The notes beneath the pieces are model-generated. The model did not search any database. It was not told the origin of the DNA and saw only the letters and a list, made by a program, of their open reading frames with translations. Positions 1-13,749 of a stretch of 64,000 bases of DNA are shown one piece after another (the stretch's first letter is position 1; every line of letters starts with the position of its first letter). The DNA is taken from NCBI GenBank assembly GCA_026770705.1, contig JANJGN010000035.1, positions 8,804,001 through 8,868,000 of the forward strand, in the 5' to 3' direction. The translations under genes and the position numbers were made by a program. The stretch comes from Isurus oxyrinchus (lineage: Eukaryota).

Positions 1-2089
1 CGAACGATCAAATGTTTTTTTTTATGCATCGTCCAGTACATCAACACTAACTCAAATTGTAAATTACCCCATGCATAAATGCACAACAAAAACAAATGTG
101 TACTTAATTTAGGGTTTAGTGGGAAGTAAAAAAAAAAATAAGTCCACACAAAACAAGAGAAGTACCATGTGAGACAAAAAATTAGTTAGCATAGCGCCTA
201 TTGACACTGCAAGATATTACCATCGCTGGTTGGTCGGCCATAACATTTCTGCGCATCACCAATAAAAATAATCTTCACTGGCAACATAAAAACATTTCTC
301 GCTCCACCCCTCTTCCCCCTAAAAAATGAAATGAAACACTGGTCAGTTCACCGCTTGACTCCCCAAATCGTGCCCAAGCCTAAATCACATTTTGCATTGG
401 AACAACATGCTTTCCGCGTGGTTGCCTTTCCAAAAACTCTCAAGAAAGCCATTGTCATAAGTATCAAGAAAGCTACTTCAGCGACACGCCATCTCCAACA
501 GTAAACAACATCCTCTACCGCCGTTGTGCCGTGCCTGCAGTGTGTATCTTGATGGAATGCTTGAAACATAAAAGATGCTGAAATGTGTCGGGAAACTGCA
601 ACTTATATATTGAATCCAAAATGGCTTCATTGCGTATCAGGTTTCACGTCTTAGCATGAATCTACAGGGTCTGGCTGAGTTCAACAGACAATAAGGTCAT
701 GAGGACAAATTGTGATTATATTGTATCATTCTCATGATAATTGCATTAAAAAATTCATCTGCAAGCGTTATTCAGCAAAATATGCCACTGTTGCACGTGC
801 CCTTTGACTCATTGCAGGGACATGATAAGAGGCAATAATGGAATCTGAAGTGATTCTTTTATGGAGAGTTGAATACCAGGCCGAAATGGTGGAGTGAAGA
901 AATTTGGAAATACTTAAAATGCCGGAATTCGATGTACAGTGAAATCTCGGGGGGTTTAGGTCAGTAGACACTTTCATAAGTAGGAAAAGGAGAGGTTCCA
1001 CGAGGATTAGAAAAGCGTAAGTATTCCAAAATTTAGAACTGGCTTAAAACAAAATCCAACTTCTGTCAGCGGGAAAAAGGATGATCGGCTGATTCGGAGT
1101 TCGTGAGACTGTTAAAAGCGGCTGCAATTTGGGAAGACTTCACGTTTGTGAAAGTCCTGCCTGGCATAGAATAGATATGTGTCGTTTCTGTTTGTAAAGT
1201 CCTAGACGAGTATTTCTGATACAGGCTAGTTGAGGCAAAGAGGCAATCAACATTGTCTTTTCACTTCCAAATAAGAGGCCTCAATGGTGATGAAGATATG
1301 TAATAAGAAGCTCACTCTAATAATAATTCCAATCGCAATGGATTCACCAGAAGACGGTTCTTAAGTAGCGGTTTGCAGTCGATTGGTGGAAAAAAAAAAC
1401 AGCTTGCTACGGCATTATAATGCAAAGCCTTCCACCTTGCCAAACGTCATTCATTTGTATCATGCAGGCAATTATTAGCTAGAAGCCTGCGTTGATGTTA
1501 AATGACGTAGCAATTAATATCATGTTGGTTTTGGAAGAATTACATTGCATTTTTTGTTACTTCGAGGTGTATCAGAATGTAATCAGGTTTTTTTCTGTCT
1601 ACACAGTGGATTCAGATCGTGCAATAAGTGTATGGATTATTGACGTTTAAAATTGCCAAACCACTTATGCAATAAATACCTATGTCTTAGCAAGTTTTGA
1701 GAGAAACAACCTCTTAAGACTTTAGCCAAGTTTTCGTTTTATTTTAAACTGTGTTTGAATTCTTGTGGATGTTTACCTGTGGAACAGCCTGACAAGTTAC
1801 AGGCTGATGTGCTTAAGTTTTGTCCTGTGTTAGGAGTTTACCATGTTTGTATATGTTGGAACAATCCCTCACAGCCAGTTGAACACGAACTTAGCAGTGC
1901 TGCTGTTACGGCAATGTTTGAGTAAGTCTGCCATGTGTGTCATTATATAATGCCTTTTAATCACACGCATATACAACACGTACATGATAGCTTCTAAAAA
2001 CGGATACAATCCACCATAACCTTTTGCTGAAGCGAAAGCAATCAGCACCACACAAATGGAAAAAAAAAAACCCGCCAAGGCACAATACA

Positions 2090-3270
2090 TTTTGAATGAA
2101 ATTTCACTGTAGCAAAACTGCTGAAATTTGCCGATGCTGTTGATGAGGTCCACATGCAATTTCGAAAGGCTTTTGATACAGTGCCACACGAAATACTTGT
2201 GAGAAATGTTATAAATCATGGAACAACAGGGACAAAGGCAGAGTCGATCTTGGCTGAGCAATGGGAAAGAGGGTGTAATCGTCAACGGGTATTTTTCTGG
2301 TCGAAGGAAGGATTGTCATGGATTTTCCCAAGGGTCTGTATTGGCGCCCTTCCTTTTCCTGATATATATATTTATTATCTAAGCCTTAGTGAAAAGGTCA
2401 AAACTTATAAGCATTGTCAGCTGTAAGGGAAACAGCCTAGAACGTCAAAATTATATTGACAGGTTGTTGTACTGGGCTGATTTGCGGCAGGTGAAGGTTA
2501 TTGTGGAGAAGCATGAGGTAATTCAATTTGGTAGGAAGAACATAGAGAGACAATATTACACAGTGAGTACATGTTTATGGGTGTACAGGGTTAGAAAATC
2601 CTGGAGGTCTATGTGAAAATATCATTGAAGGTGGCATGACAGGGGGAGAGAGCAGTTACAAAGAACCTTGGCTGTTAATAATCGGGCATAGAATATAAGA
2701 GTAGGGAGTTTAACCTAAGCTTATATAGGGCCCTAGTTAGAGTCCAGTTGGAGAATCCTGTACAGTTCTGTGTGCCACATTATGAAAATGTTGTTTTTTG
2801 GATTGGAGGAAGTTCTTGAGATGTTTTTTGGAATGTTCCCGGGGATGAGAAGGTTGAGAAATGAATAAAGATTGCTGAAGCAGGGACTGTTCTCCTTGGA
2901 GAGGAGAAGGCTAATAGGAGAATATGTAGCGGTGCTCAGAATCATGACAGAGTTGGAAAGAGTACACAGAGAGAAGCTGTTCCGCTCGTCAAGGGATCGA
3001 TAGGGCAAAGGTTTAAAGGTATTTGCAAATGAAACAATGTGATGCATGAAAATAAAACATGTAGAGTGTGGCTCGATTCTCGAATTTTCTGACTGGAAGT
3101 CTGGTAAGGCCAGGTTCAACTGAAACATTCAAGAAGACATTGGATGATTATCTGATTAGTTGCAATCCGCAATTTCATCGGGGGAAGTGGAGAAATTGCT
3201 TTAAAATCTATTTTTCTGTTGGAGAGCCGGTAGAGATACAATTGTCCTTCTGTGATGTGACATATCTGTG
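2090..3270 (+). mobile_element. Degraded CR1-type LINE, 3' half (RT domain to 3' end)
   Basis: ORF fragments QFRKAFDTVPHE (CR1 RT DFxKAFDxVPH), VEKHEVIQFGRKN, and a RPxLEYCVQFW-like segment near 2730-2780; multiple stops and frameshifts. Confidence 0.85.
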
Positions 3271-3691
3271 GCTCTGTAATTCAAACTTTAAAACAGGTAG
3301 AGGGCCTTTCAAATCAAAATGCGCTTTTAATTTTTTATGCTACAAAGATAATCCTCACGTAGTTACAGGCACCGGCATTAGCTCATCAACAAAAATGGTG
3401 CTACATGGAATCATTGACAATTGAAACCTAAGAATGCAGCATCTTTCACTTCCAAAATCAATCATTACGACCGTCGAATAGGAAACCACGAGTTGACGTT
3501 CTCCATCTGAAGTCCTCAGTCACTTTTACCACCGAAAGGGTGTATATGTCCGAACGCCACCTGTCTAGGATCACTCGGATCCTGAAGTCAAAAAATCTTC
3601 AGTCAACCCCTAATTCGAGATTTTTCAAAGGGCTGCACATAACTCGCAAAACTCAAATAGAAACTATGCACTTTATCAATCAACAACTCAT

Positions 3692-3730
3692 ACACACACA
3701 CACACACACACACACGCGCGCACACACACG
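3692..3730. repeat. (AC)n microsatellite with short (GC) interruption
   Basis: Read directly from the sequence. Confidence 0.95.
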
Positions 3731-6700
3731 CATAGTGAAGCAGTGCCTGCCCTACACTCAGAGACCAACTTCAACACCAATATCATTTCGCAAACTGCCA
3801 AAGTTAAACATTTCGATTCAGAAAAAAAACATTTGTTTGTTCCCTCTTTAATGAAATTTTCTCAAAATATAAGTGTACATAAATGCAATTAGTGTGCTTT
3901 TTTTAATATTTGGTTGCCAGGTCTTCACTCCCAAGGCAATCTAATGAAACATGGGTATCATTTGGAAGCTCACAATCTCATGCTCAAAAATGTTTCAACA
4001 AGATATTTTCTGTGAGAATACTCCCTTGTCCATTGTTTTACTGAAGCGACCAACAAACAGAAGTAAAATGCATGCTTCCCATATTAAACTTAAAGTTGAG
4101 CATCCCTGGTCCAGAAGAAATAAAACACGGTGCTGAAATAAGTTTTTTTTTCACAAGCCTATCATAATGGATCAGGGTGTAACACTGTAAACATCTTGAT
4201 GACTATCCCACTATATGTTGTTGAGATAATCTCCCTCCCACACTTACACCACTTTGCATAACTTTAAAATTAAACTTAGTGAATTGGAAGCACCGTAATG
4301 TTTTATCATAACCAACTGACTAAACTTGTCAGGCTTCAAGGTAAACATTACATGGCTTCTTACAAATCCAATGATTTGGAAAACAAAACATCTTAAAATT
4401 TTGGCTTGCACACTTTATTTCAAGCTACTGAACTAATCTAATTTCCAATTATGTATTGTTTTTTCACGCAATCTATTCATTTACTTGGTCAACAGTTGTA
4501 CATTAGCTTTGTGTTTTCCATGGTTACCTTCTTAATCTAAAGTGGGATAGTATTGAACCAAAGCACATAACAATGTTCATCTAGCTTACGTTTGCCTTGA
4601 ACAATATTATTCATTCTTGGCAATACATCTGAGCTAGCATGCTGACTGTTATGAGATGAAGATGAAAGTCCCTGTCGTACTTCATCATTCGCTGATTTCA
4701 GCGCTGCCACAGCTTTTTTTTAAACCCATATGCGAGGATGTCACCACATTTTCATGCTTTTATGGGAGACTTCAGCTTATGAAAAATAGGCACTGAAACA
4801 TTCTGCTCATTCAATCTTTCAACTCCAAATATCAATATTTTGCCCATTCTGCAGTGCTCTCTTTTTAGGCGCAGGTCTCTGCAGAACGTAACAGCCTAAT
4901 GAACATCAGAATTGCCGTCAATAACAGTGCTATTCACTCCATTATGGTGTCACTCTAGGATAACATCACTGGCCAGAAAAGTCCTCTCATGCTGCCATAA
5001 GAGGTAATGTTTTTTCTCCAAATGATTAATTTTCAGCTGACAGAGTTTGCTAATCATTTTATTCAGTTCAAAAATTATCTTAACCACCTCCACTGCAACT
5101 ATGTTACAACTGAAATTGAACTCTGTGCAATTTCTTTTGATTAACTTTTGTCAATTCCACTTTCTGATGTTCTAACGTGCGTTCGGGGAATCGAGTTGCT
5201 AATATAGTATATCATTGCTGCAATGTTATAACTCTAACTTTGGGCTTTATTCTTTTTGTCTCTCCATTCACATTCCAAATCATATCTCCTTTTATCAGCT
5301 TTGGTTTTCTAACATCTTGCACGTGCTATGTCTTCATTATTATTTCAGACTATTAATCAAATTTTAAAACTGTCATTCTGCTTTTCGCCTGAGCCTGATG
5401 CAGTTATTCTTAAAAAAATACATAAATATCATTCTGAGACTTCCAACACTTGGTTAGTCAGAATATCAATTTCAACATCACATTTACACAAAATTATTAT
5501 TTAATTTATTTCAAATCACTCAACTGCCCATCTAAAGCTTCACTTTCAGCAGGACCTTCTGACATAACTGCATGAAGCAATAACACACCAACAGCCAAGT
5601 CATTTCGAATAAGGTGCCCAGCTATCCCAAAGGGAAATAACGAACACCTCGCCAGAAACAAGCTCATTAGCATACAAACATATCAAATTAACCTTATAGA
5701 AAGAATCGTGGAAACAATTCCGAACGAAATCAATCAATACTTCCTTATGCAGCCTATTTTTCGTTTCCTTATTTGTAGACAGTTTTATTTAAGTTGCTAC
5801 CATCAGTGCATTCTCTCATATGACTAGGAACAACTTCCCTGCATCACCAAACAGCATTTGTGAGGCTTCATCATTAGAAAGGAAACATTTATAATTCAAT
5901 CTCCCCAAATATACTCAATCAGAAAACATAGGAAAACAAGTTGGCTTGTCATAGGCTTTCCTTCCCCTATTATTCTCTGAAGGGGCATTCTCAACTGCCC
6001 AAACGTCAGAATTGACGTGTTTTTTTTATGGCAGAACCATCGTGTAACCCCCTTCAAATCAAACTTGTCCAACATACGTTTCATTTGTCTAACCAGAAGA
6101 GTGGCTGCATCCTTAAACGTGCCACAAGTGTCACCAAAACATATAGTTTCTCTGTGAGTTCGAGGACAGGGGCAATTTTCTAATATGTGTGTGACAGGGT
6201 TCATTATCGATATCTGCGATTTTTGCAGCATTATATGTTTACAATCTCTACTTATATAGTATATATTTACATTCTTCCAAATGTGAAGTTATTCCCACAG
6301 GGTTACATTTTGTTTAACTCTACCACCACAACCAGTTAATAACAATGTGATTAAAGTCTTGTTCAATATTCAGTGACATTCGCAGCCTCCAAATGTCTAC
6401 CTCATTTTCTCTGGCAAATTTCGCCTGGAGTGTATTATGTTACTCCTTCAAATTTGAAAAAAGTTTGTCAGTAATATTGTGGTAGAAAATAATAAGCATT
6501 AAGAGCAACATTAATGCACTGTCATAGTAACCTGATTGTTCCTCTAAAATAATTGTTTACACATTAAAATATATTCCCACGGAAAAAAAAAGAAAGAAGC
6601 ATTTTTATTCTTATATATTTCCAGGGATGTTGTCACTGTTGGCAAAGCCAGCATTGTTACCCATTTATAATTAAACTTTGCTAAGTTGCTGGTGTGCTGC

Positions 6701-6831
6701 CTTCTTAAAGCTTTTTTTTTTCTGAATAAGTAATTGACATAGGCTGATGACCTGAGGAGGTTAATCATCAGCTTGGGCAGAAGTGATGGAGAACTAAGTA
6801 GGCTCCGCACTATCCGTAAGGTGTGTCAAGC

Positions 6832-6862
6832 ATAGATAGATAGGTAGACAGATAGATAGATG

Positions 6863-6924
<62 letters not shown>
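6832..6924. repeat. (GATA)n tetranucleotide microsatellite
   Basis: Tandem agat/taga units, imperfect at the 5' end. Confidence 0.95.
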
Positions 6925-8949
6925 GAAACAAAAAAAATAAAGATACATGTCTGAGATGCTTCCCTTTCATCAATCTAATATGTTGGTTGACAAGGCTTCA
7001 GTGGAGAGGTACTTTAATGAAGTGTCAATAGTGCTGTTGCTGATGCTTCTGGTTAAACATTTACAAAGTCCCATTCAATCCTTTCTTTCAAAAAATAGAC
7101 AATGATCAAAAAATGGACAAATCACTCTTGTTGCAATACGTTCTCTTAACAGTTGCAAAATGTCAGCGAACCGAATGGGCATTTCGATGCAATTCATTGT
7201 GATCCACTCAGGTGATGAACTTCAGACGATAGCTCACATGCCCTGCATATAGGTTACCTTTTTATCCATTTAGAGTTGATTTCGGACTCAATCTGGCCGA
7301 AGCAACGAGCAAGTAATTTCCCTTCTTAAGGCAGTGACAATCGGGGCACACACCACACAGAATGCTTTTCACTCACAGGGGCTCAAAGTTTGTTGGAAAA
7401 ACTTAGCATCCAGCCCATTTCTGCTTCTGATAAAGCTGATCTACCATGCAAAATATAACTTCCAGAGGAATGAAAATCGATTATTTGGCTATACATTGAT
7501 TTATTTTTTTTTTTGCCTCTCAGGTCATCTTTTGTGGTACAAACAACGGATCTGCCAGTAATATTAAATTCAAATTTTCCTTACATTATCCAGGAGAGCT
7601 AAATGGCCAGCTGTTGGACAAAGTGCCGCTTGTTCTGACTTGGCTTAATACACACCAGAGGTTTTGATTGTTCTGTTATGCTATGGAAATAATACAATCA
7701 AAATAATCACGATAGAGTTGGAGGTGGTGTTGGGATTGTAAATACCAGTCGAGTGATTTGCAACAGAGCCGAAATTGCTTCCTCTTGTAACCCAAAAAAT
7801 GCATCCTAACCATAGGATCGCTACTTGAAGCTGTTATGAGGTTCATTTCCGTGATTTTAAAACTTTCAAAAGCAGCAAGATCTTCGCAAACTCTTTTAAA
7901 AATGCCTTGGCCACCGGTAATGTGGAAGCTCAAACTGCGATGAAATGCAGGAAAAAACATTAGGTATCTAAGGCAGAGCTCTGATCCACGGAGACTATAC
8001 GTCTGCAAGGGTTAAGTTGACATTGGCAGTACCTTAACATCGGAGCACCTCTATCTGTGTCTCTGCGTGCCTTCTTCCTACGGGGAGGTTATCACTTTTG
8101 TGGATACTGATAACCTTGCAGCGGTTTAAGCCTTCTACCCTTAGAAGATTCACACCGTTAGGTTTTTGTTTTGGGCTCAGGACTCTCATGAAACCATAAC
8201 TCATATGTTATCGTAATTTGCCCTGCACACATGACGGTCCCTCATCCCTCTGTTATTGTGTGAGTGCAAAAAGGACGTGTACTTTGATATCCCTCTCCAC
8301 GCTTTGTGTGTTTGTAAAGTAAATCAACACTCTTTGTTTACATTATCTCGAGTTTGCAGTGTTGCTTTGACGAGGCGATTGCATTACTGCAAACTGACGT
8401 ATTACAGAAACTGTGCCACCACTCCCAAACGTGGGAAAATTAAATACATTTATTAATGGGCGTTTATTGAGAGGCAGATGGAGGTGCGGGGGTAGTGGGG
8501 GGGGGGGGGGGGGGTGGTGTTGTGGGTGTGAGGGCAGGCGTGTTGGGCGGAGGCTGCGGATGGGCCTTTAAATGAATCACTCTCCTCTCCTTAACATAAA
8601 ATGTGTGCTTGTCCCGGTTTTATCCAATTTGAAATCATCTGGCGTCCAAGTTAAGCCACCAGCCAAATTAAAATGAAAGGACTTAAGTGTAATTTCAAAA
8701 AAGAGAATCAGTGTTTTTTACTAATCTCAGGACACATAAAGACACAGCGTTGTATTAACGTTAGAGGTAAGGAAAGGGTAACACCTGATGGCTGAATGCG
8801 TGTTCAGAATGATGATTTAAGCACAAAATGTTAGCTCTCACTTTGCACAGATTAATTCTAAGCTTTAGCTCGGACGCTGCAATTGAATTTAATCAGCAAA
8901 TTCTAAATACCCTTACGATTTCTGGCGGTGATAGATGTGCGCAGGTGAC

Positions 8950-10330
8950 GTTACCAGTAGTGCAGTTAACAAAGGAAATCACCCATGACCCAAAATCTCG
9001 TTCCCTAGCTAATATCGAACTACAAAAGCTTAAATTGGAGCTTCAACAGGGTAACAATTAATGGGAGGCTTATACCAGTTACCAAAATTGGAAATGGAGC
9101 TAACAATTCAAAGCGAGAAAGAGAGAGAGAACAGATATTTTGGCGCTCAGAGATCCCCTTCTTTCTGGCAGCATCTCCTATCGACTTAACACAAAACCAC
9201 TCTGTTGGGCACTCAAGTATGTGAAGAACCTTCTCAAGTTTAAAGAGACTAATGGGGAGTCATTTTTGCCACCTTTCAAATAACAGCAGATCTGCTAAAA
9301 TGGCCCTAAGCTATCTGGATATTTTAAATTTGGAGAAGCTGTCAGGGAGAACCCGAGACATCTACTTGCGGTATCCCAAAATTTTGAGCTTCCTGAACCT
9401 GCCTTCCTAAGTGCATACGAGTTCGTCCCAAAGGCCACCAGGAAATACAGAACGCTCGTTAAGATGTTAACCAAAATCTACACAAGCTTTAACGAGTGGC
9501 CAAAATCACATTTCACTGATCGATAAGAACCTTAAGTATCCCACGCACATTAGAATATTTGCTTGAGTTAGCATTCTAGGAATAATCCAAAATTATCTAA
9601 CCTGAAACATGCGACTATGCCTAAAAGAGCAGAGAGAATCATCATTGCTAGGGGTGCAGGAGTCAGAACAGATATTTACGATTTTGAACATAGGACATTA
9701 TACTCAGGCAGGAACCTTCCAAACTATAAACATGTGTGCTGGAAAAAGAAGCAGGGCTATCTAGATAGCAAATGTCCCAAGCTCTTAGAAGAAAAGAGAG
9801 AAGCAGGAGCGAGAGGTCCCACCAGCAATGCCCCTTGCCCCCACAAACCAAATGGAGAATTCCAGGAGGCTGGTGATTTCCTACTGCACACCCTATTGCT
9901 GCAGATGGCGAGGCAAGGCTGCTTTGTGTATAAGGCTTCAGAAAAGATGCCTCCGAAAGATTCCCAGATGTGCAGTACTGCAGACCATGTCCCGACATAA
10001 GATTATTCATTAGACGGTAAGACCTTATCAATACTGGAAGCGGATGGACTCCCGGAGAGACTATGATATTCTGTCCTTTAAGGAGAAGTGGCCCCATTCC
10101 TGATCCAAACTGTTAGCGATTCCAAGGCACTCCCTGGGACCTCAGGGAAAGAGAGTTATTGAGTTCGAAGGAAAACTAAATGTAAACCCCGAAGCCACAC
10201 TGAAGGCCAAGGCTCCGGTTCGTGTAGTTGGAGTAGAGCCTCAGTTTCAGCTGCTCTGTGAGGACCACATAGCGATTGACCTTTTTTCAGTCCCCGTTGC
10301 AGTAGGAACTGTCCTTCAGCTAACCAAAGG
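8950..10330 (+). mobile_element. Highly decayed Gypsy LTR retrotransposon (Gmr1-like) gag/protease remnant
   Basis: Coiled-coil ELQKLKLELQ; KNLLKFKETNGESF, LKWP and FLSAYEFVPKATRKYRTL resemble the Gmr1-type gag/SCAN motif (PKFxExDVxxF...WP...ILxAYELVPEAYRQKFR); later VVGV protease-like segment; broken frames, no LTRs seen. Confidence 0.6.
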
Positions 10331-10499
10331 GGGATAATGCTTCCGTTCAGAAGGACCTGTTTGGCAACCAGGTGTTAGCCAATGAAGGAAGAAAAGCCAA
10401 GGCGAAGTAGATGAAATCAGCACTTGGGCATAAATTGGTAGAAGGTCAAGTGTCCAAAAATTATAGAATAGCACCGATTGATTGGATTCAACTATCGCT

Positions 10500-11700
10500 A
10501 CCATTGCACAAAGTATCTAACAACCTGATGTTCGTTTGCCCAAATACAGAGGATACAGCAATGTAAATAATTGCATACCACATGCCAAATTGAAGGCAAC
10601 AAGTCAATTATTCCTTCACCTGGAAGGATTTTTTGCAGAGTCAGTTTCTGAGGAGAAATGAACTCATTTAACTGTTTATCACCTGATAGGTCTGTGGGGA
10701 GGGATCATGTTTTTGGTCGTGATTGGGGAATAAACAAGGTTGAATTGCAGGGAACTGTTTGTCACCTGATAATGTCGTGGGGAGGGATCATGTTGTTGGT
10801 CGTGATTGGGGAGTAAACAAGGGTGCATTGGAGGGAATTTTTCAGGGTAGTGGAAGATGTTTGTTGGTGTGGCATCGTGTTGCAAGTTGTGCAATTGATG
10901 AAGGATACTTGTTTGCATTTTTGGGCAAGTGGTCGATACATATAGATGTGGTGGTGTGAGGTGACGTGATCGCGGAGGTGCGGAGGGACACTGTCGCTTT
11001 TCCAGGAGAGTAGGGTGCAAGTGAGTGGGATCAGAAGGGGATCAAATTTGATTGCACAAGTGACACCCCTTTCACCCACAATATGTTGAAATCATGGGTT
11101 GAAAAAAGTGATGAAATAGCATTGTTGTGGTGGCAGCTTGCATCATCAGAAGAAATGATGCGGATTTGGATAAACATGGCGAATATGCTCTACTGCTTAC
11201 AAGTGAGTGAGTGTGCGGAAATGCGGTTGATGTGCCAGTGGGCGCCAGTGGACTATTAATGATTTTCAGTAGCCAGCCTATCCCCATAGATGGAGACAGT
11301 GAAGTTGAGGATGAGACGGGCAGTGTTTAAGCTGAACTATGTGATCGTAGAAGGGTGGAAAATGGAAACAAAATTCAGGACGATTTCCCACTCTAGGTGT
11401 GACCAGAAATACTAACATATGGAGCCGTCAATGTGGGCGAGATAGGGGTTTGGGAGGGGTTGTGGGAGTGAGGAGCATTGCGGCTGCACATAGCAGTGAG
11501 TGTAGGAAATAGTCAAAATCCAAAAATGGCACGAAAAATAAAAGCATTAAAAAGGTCCATGCGGGCACCGTGCCAATCATATTATTTGGAGTAAGTGAGG
11601 CATGTTCAATGAGAAATCCTTAAAGAAGACTACAAGATATAATCGTGTGGGTCGGGTTGGTTTTGGGGAATTACTTGGGCTTCTGTTCATCCATTTTCTG
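10500..11700 (-). mobile_element. Penelope-like retroelement fragment (RT C-terminus/GIY-YIG), containing an 83-bp tandem duplication
   Basis: Reverse complement resembles the plus-strand Penelope copies at 32200-32700 and 37300-38300 (FQVK..F.C...NLV, LQHDATP.NIF). Confidence 0.7.
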
Positions 11701-12599
11701 TGATTTCCATGTCAGTGCCAGCTATCAAATGTAATTCAGTAAACCGCGTAAGCTATATTTATGTCGGTATTGATATAAATAATTTCTGAGCCAGACAATA
11801 TAGCATTTATTAAATGTTTGCCTTTTTCAAGAGCTTACTTTTCACATCATGTTGCTGATGTATTAAAGTGCATTTTGATATCGGTCGTATCACTTAATTA
11901 TATTAATGTCCAAATCATTGGAAAGAAATCACGTGTCACCAGCGAATGATGCTTATTAGCAAGCCGAATTATCAGCAGTTGCGTTATGATCAAAAACAAA
12001 AATGTAGTCAAGAGATCAAAGCCAAAAATAACAACCAAATGTCTTGTAGAATAACCCAAAGCTGCTGAAATAGCACATCTTCATTTACGGACTTGGTAAA
12101 ATTCTGGCGCCTGAATCAGCACTTGCAGATTGGCAACAATCGACATGGAGAGCTGGAAGGTAACTTCAATGTATGAATGTTAGGATGGCAATAGTTGGGA
12201 CATTCCACAGTAAAGGAGTAAGAGTCTTAGCAGCATTCGCTGAACAAATAGAAACTTTGGTCGTGATCCCAGTTTCATGTTGAGAATGGTATAGTGTCAA
12301 GTTAAAAGGTGGGCTGCTACACCTTGAGCAATGATTGGATTGCAATGGCTTGTTGGGAGAAGAAATACAAATCAGAGCGAGAGTAGGATGAAGGGCTGAA
12401 CATTAATTAAATGACATCAGGAGCTCAACACGATGTTTACCAACTTATTAAGCGAAAATTAGGCGATTCTCAATTTTGCCCTCAATAACTTCAAGGAGAC
12501 CACATTCCAAATGGCAAAAGCATAATAATAATCATCATCATAATAATAATAAACAAAATAGAAATACAGGCGAGTTAACTTTTCACATTCGACGAGCAT

Positions 12600-13370
12600 A
12601 GGCAGACATGTATACTTTTAAAGGAGAAAGTCAGGGCTGGAGAGGCCAAATCCAGACTGTGTGAACGTTTCACAGAACATCTTCGGTCTGTCCACAAGCA
12701 TGACCCAGCCCTCCCTGCTGCTTGCCATTTGAACACAGTTCCCTGTTCTCATGCCCACCTGTCCATCCTTGGCCTGCAGCAATGTTCACTTGAAGCTCAA
12801 TGCAAACTGGAGGAACAACACCTCACCTCTGACTTACAGTCTTCCAGAATGAATATTGAGTTCAGCAACTTTAGATCATTCACTCTCTCCTTCATCCCCA
12901 CCCACATTCCAATCCCCCTTCTTCGAATGATTTATATATATTTTTAATTTGGCACCTATTTCCAATATGTTTAAATGTTTTCATCCATTATTTTATTTCT
13001 AACGTTTAGCCTATTTTGATCCCACCCCACCCCTACTAGGGCTACCAGTACCATCCTTGTCTTGCTTTCTACCCTTAATGTCCCTATTAGCATATTTCTT
13101 AGCTAAAATAACCAAAGTCAACACGTCTTTGTCCATTTGTCTATGACATCTTTTGGCAATCTCCACCTTTCCCTGGCCCACTTTTCAACTCTACCTGTCC
13201 CACCCCCACCCCCTTAAACCAGCATATAGTTAATCTCTTTTTATTTTTCCTTCGTTCTGGTGAAGAGTCATTTGGACTCGAAAATTTGCCTGTATCAGAA
13301 TATGCTGTCAGACCTGTCGTGTTTCTCCAGGTATTTTTGTTTTTGTTCTGAATTTCCAGCATCAACATCT
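12600..13370 (+). mobile_element. Penelope-like element 3' fragment (GIY-YIG endonuclease end plus terminal repeat)
   Basis: GEAKSRLCERFTEHLRSVHKHDP...CKLEEQHL; ends in the tail gctgtcagacctg...tttttgtttttg...tttccagcatc shared with other copies. Confidence 0.85.
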
Positions 13371-13414
13371 TAGGTCAAGCATTGGTGTTAATTTAAAAGG
13401 CCTGCCTGTCGGTA

Positions 13415-13420
13415 TTTATT
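13415..13420 (-). promoter_or_regulatory. Putative polyadenylation signal (AATAAA) of the NLR gene
   Basis: tttatt on plus strand, ~107 nt downstream of the terminal TGA at 13527. Confidence 0.55.
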
Positions 13421-13526
13421 GCAATGATGCACACAATAATAATTGGTTCAAAAAATGTTCTGATTCTATCGAGTATAAGTTAACAAACATAATTAAATTT
13501 TTTGTATGAAATATTTTAACAGTTCT

Positions 13527-13614
13527 TCATTCTGTACGCATAATCAAATTATCCGATACATGAGGTGGCTTAAGGAATTTCCGCCCTTCTCTCGAAATGT
13601 TATTGTTCCCCAAC
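13527..13614 (-). CDS. NLR gene terminal coding exon (LRR cap): (L)LGNNNISREGRKFLKPPHVSDNLIMRTE*
   Basis: Strong acceptor ctcccatatttttcag|GTTGGGG; phase 2 matches the preceding exon; LxxNxIS LRR motif completes LKEIL-L-GNN; too short for the ORF track. Confidence 0.8.
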
Positions 13615-13749
13615 CTGAAAAATATGGGAGCATACAGAAAGAATCTATCATTAAGGTATTCATTCTATGATGCATTCTGAATAATGATGCTGCTATATTG
13701 CAAACAATTATTTAACATTCAATGCTTACTCTTTTCTCGACGATAGGAC

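Noticed and set aside
5896-6231. 111-aa minus-strand ORF
   Set aside because: No recognisable domain, weak splice context, no link to the gene model
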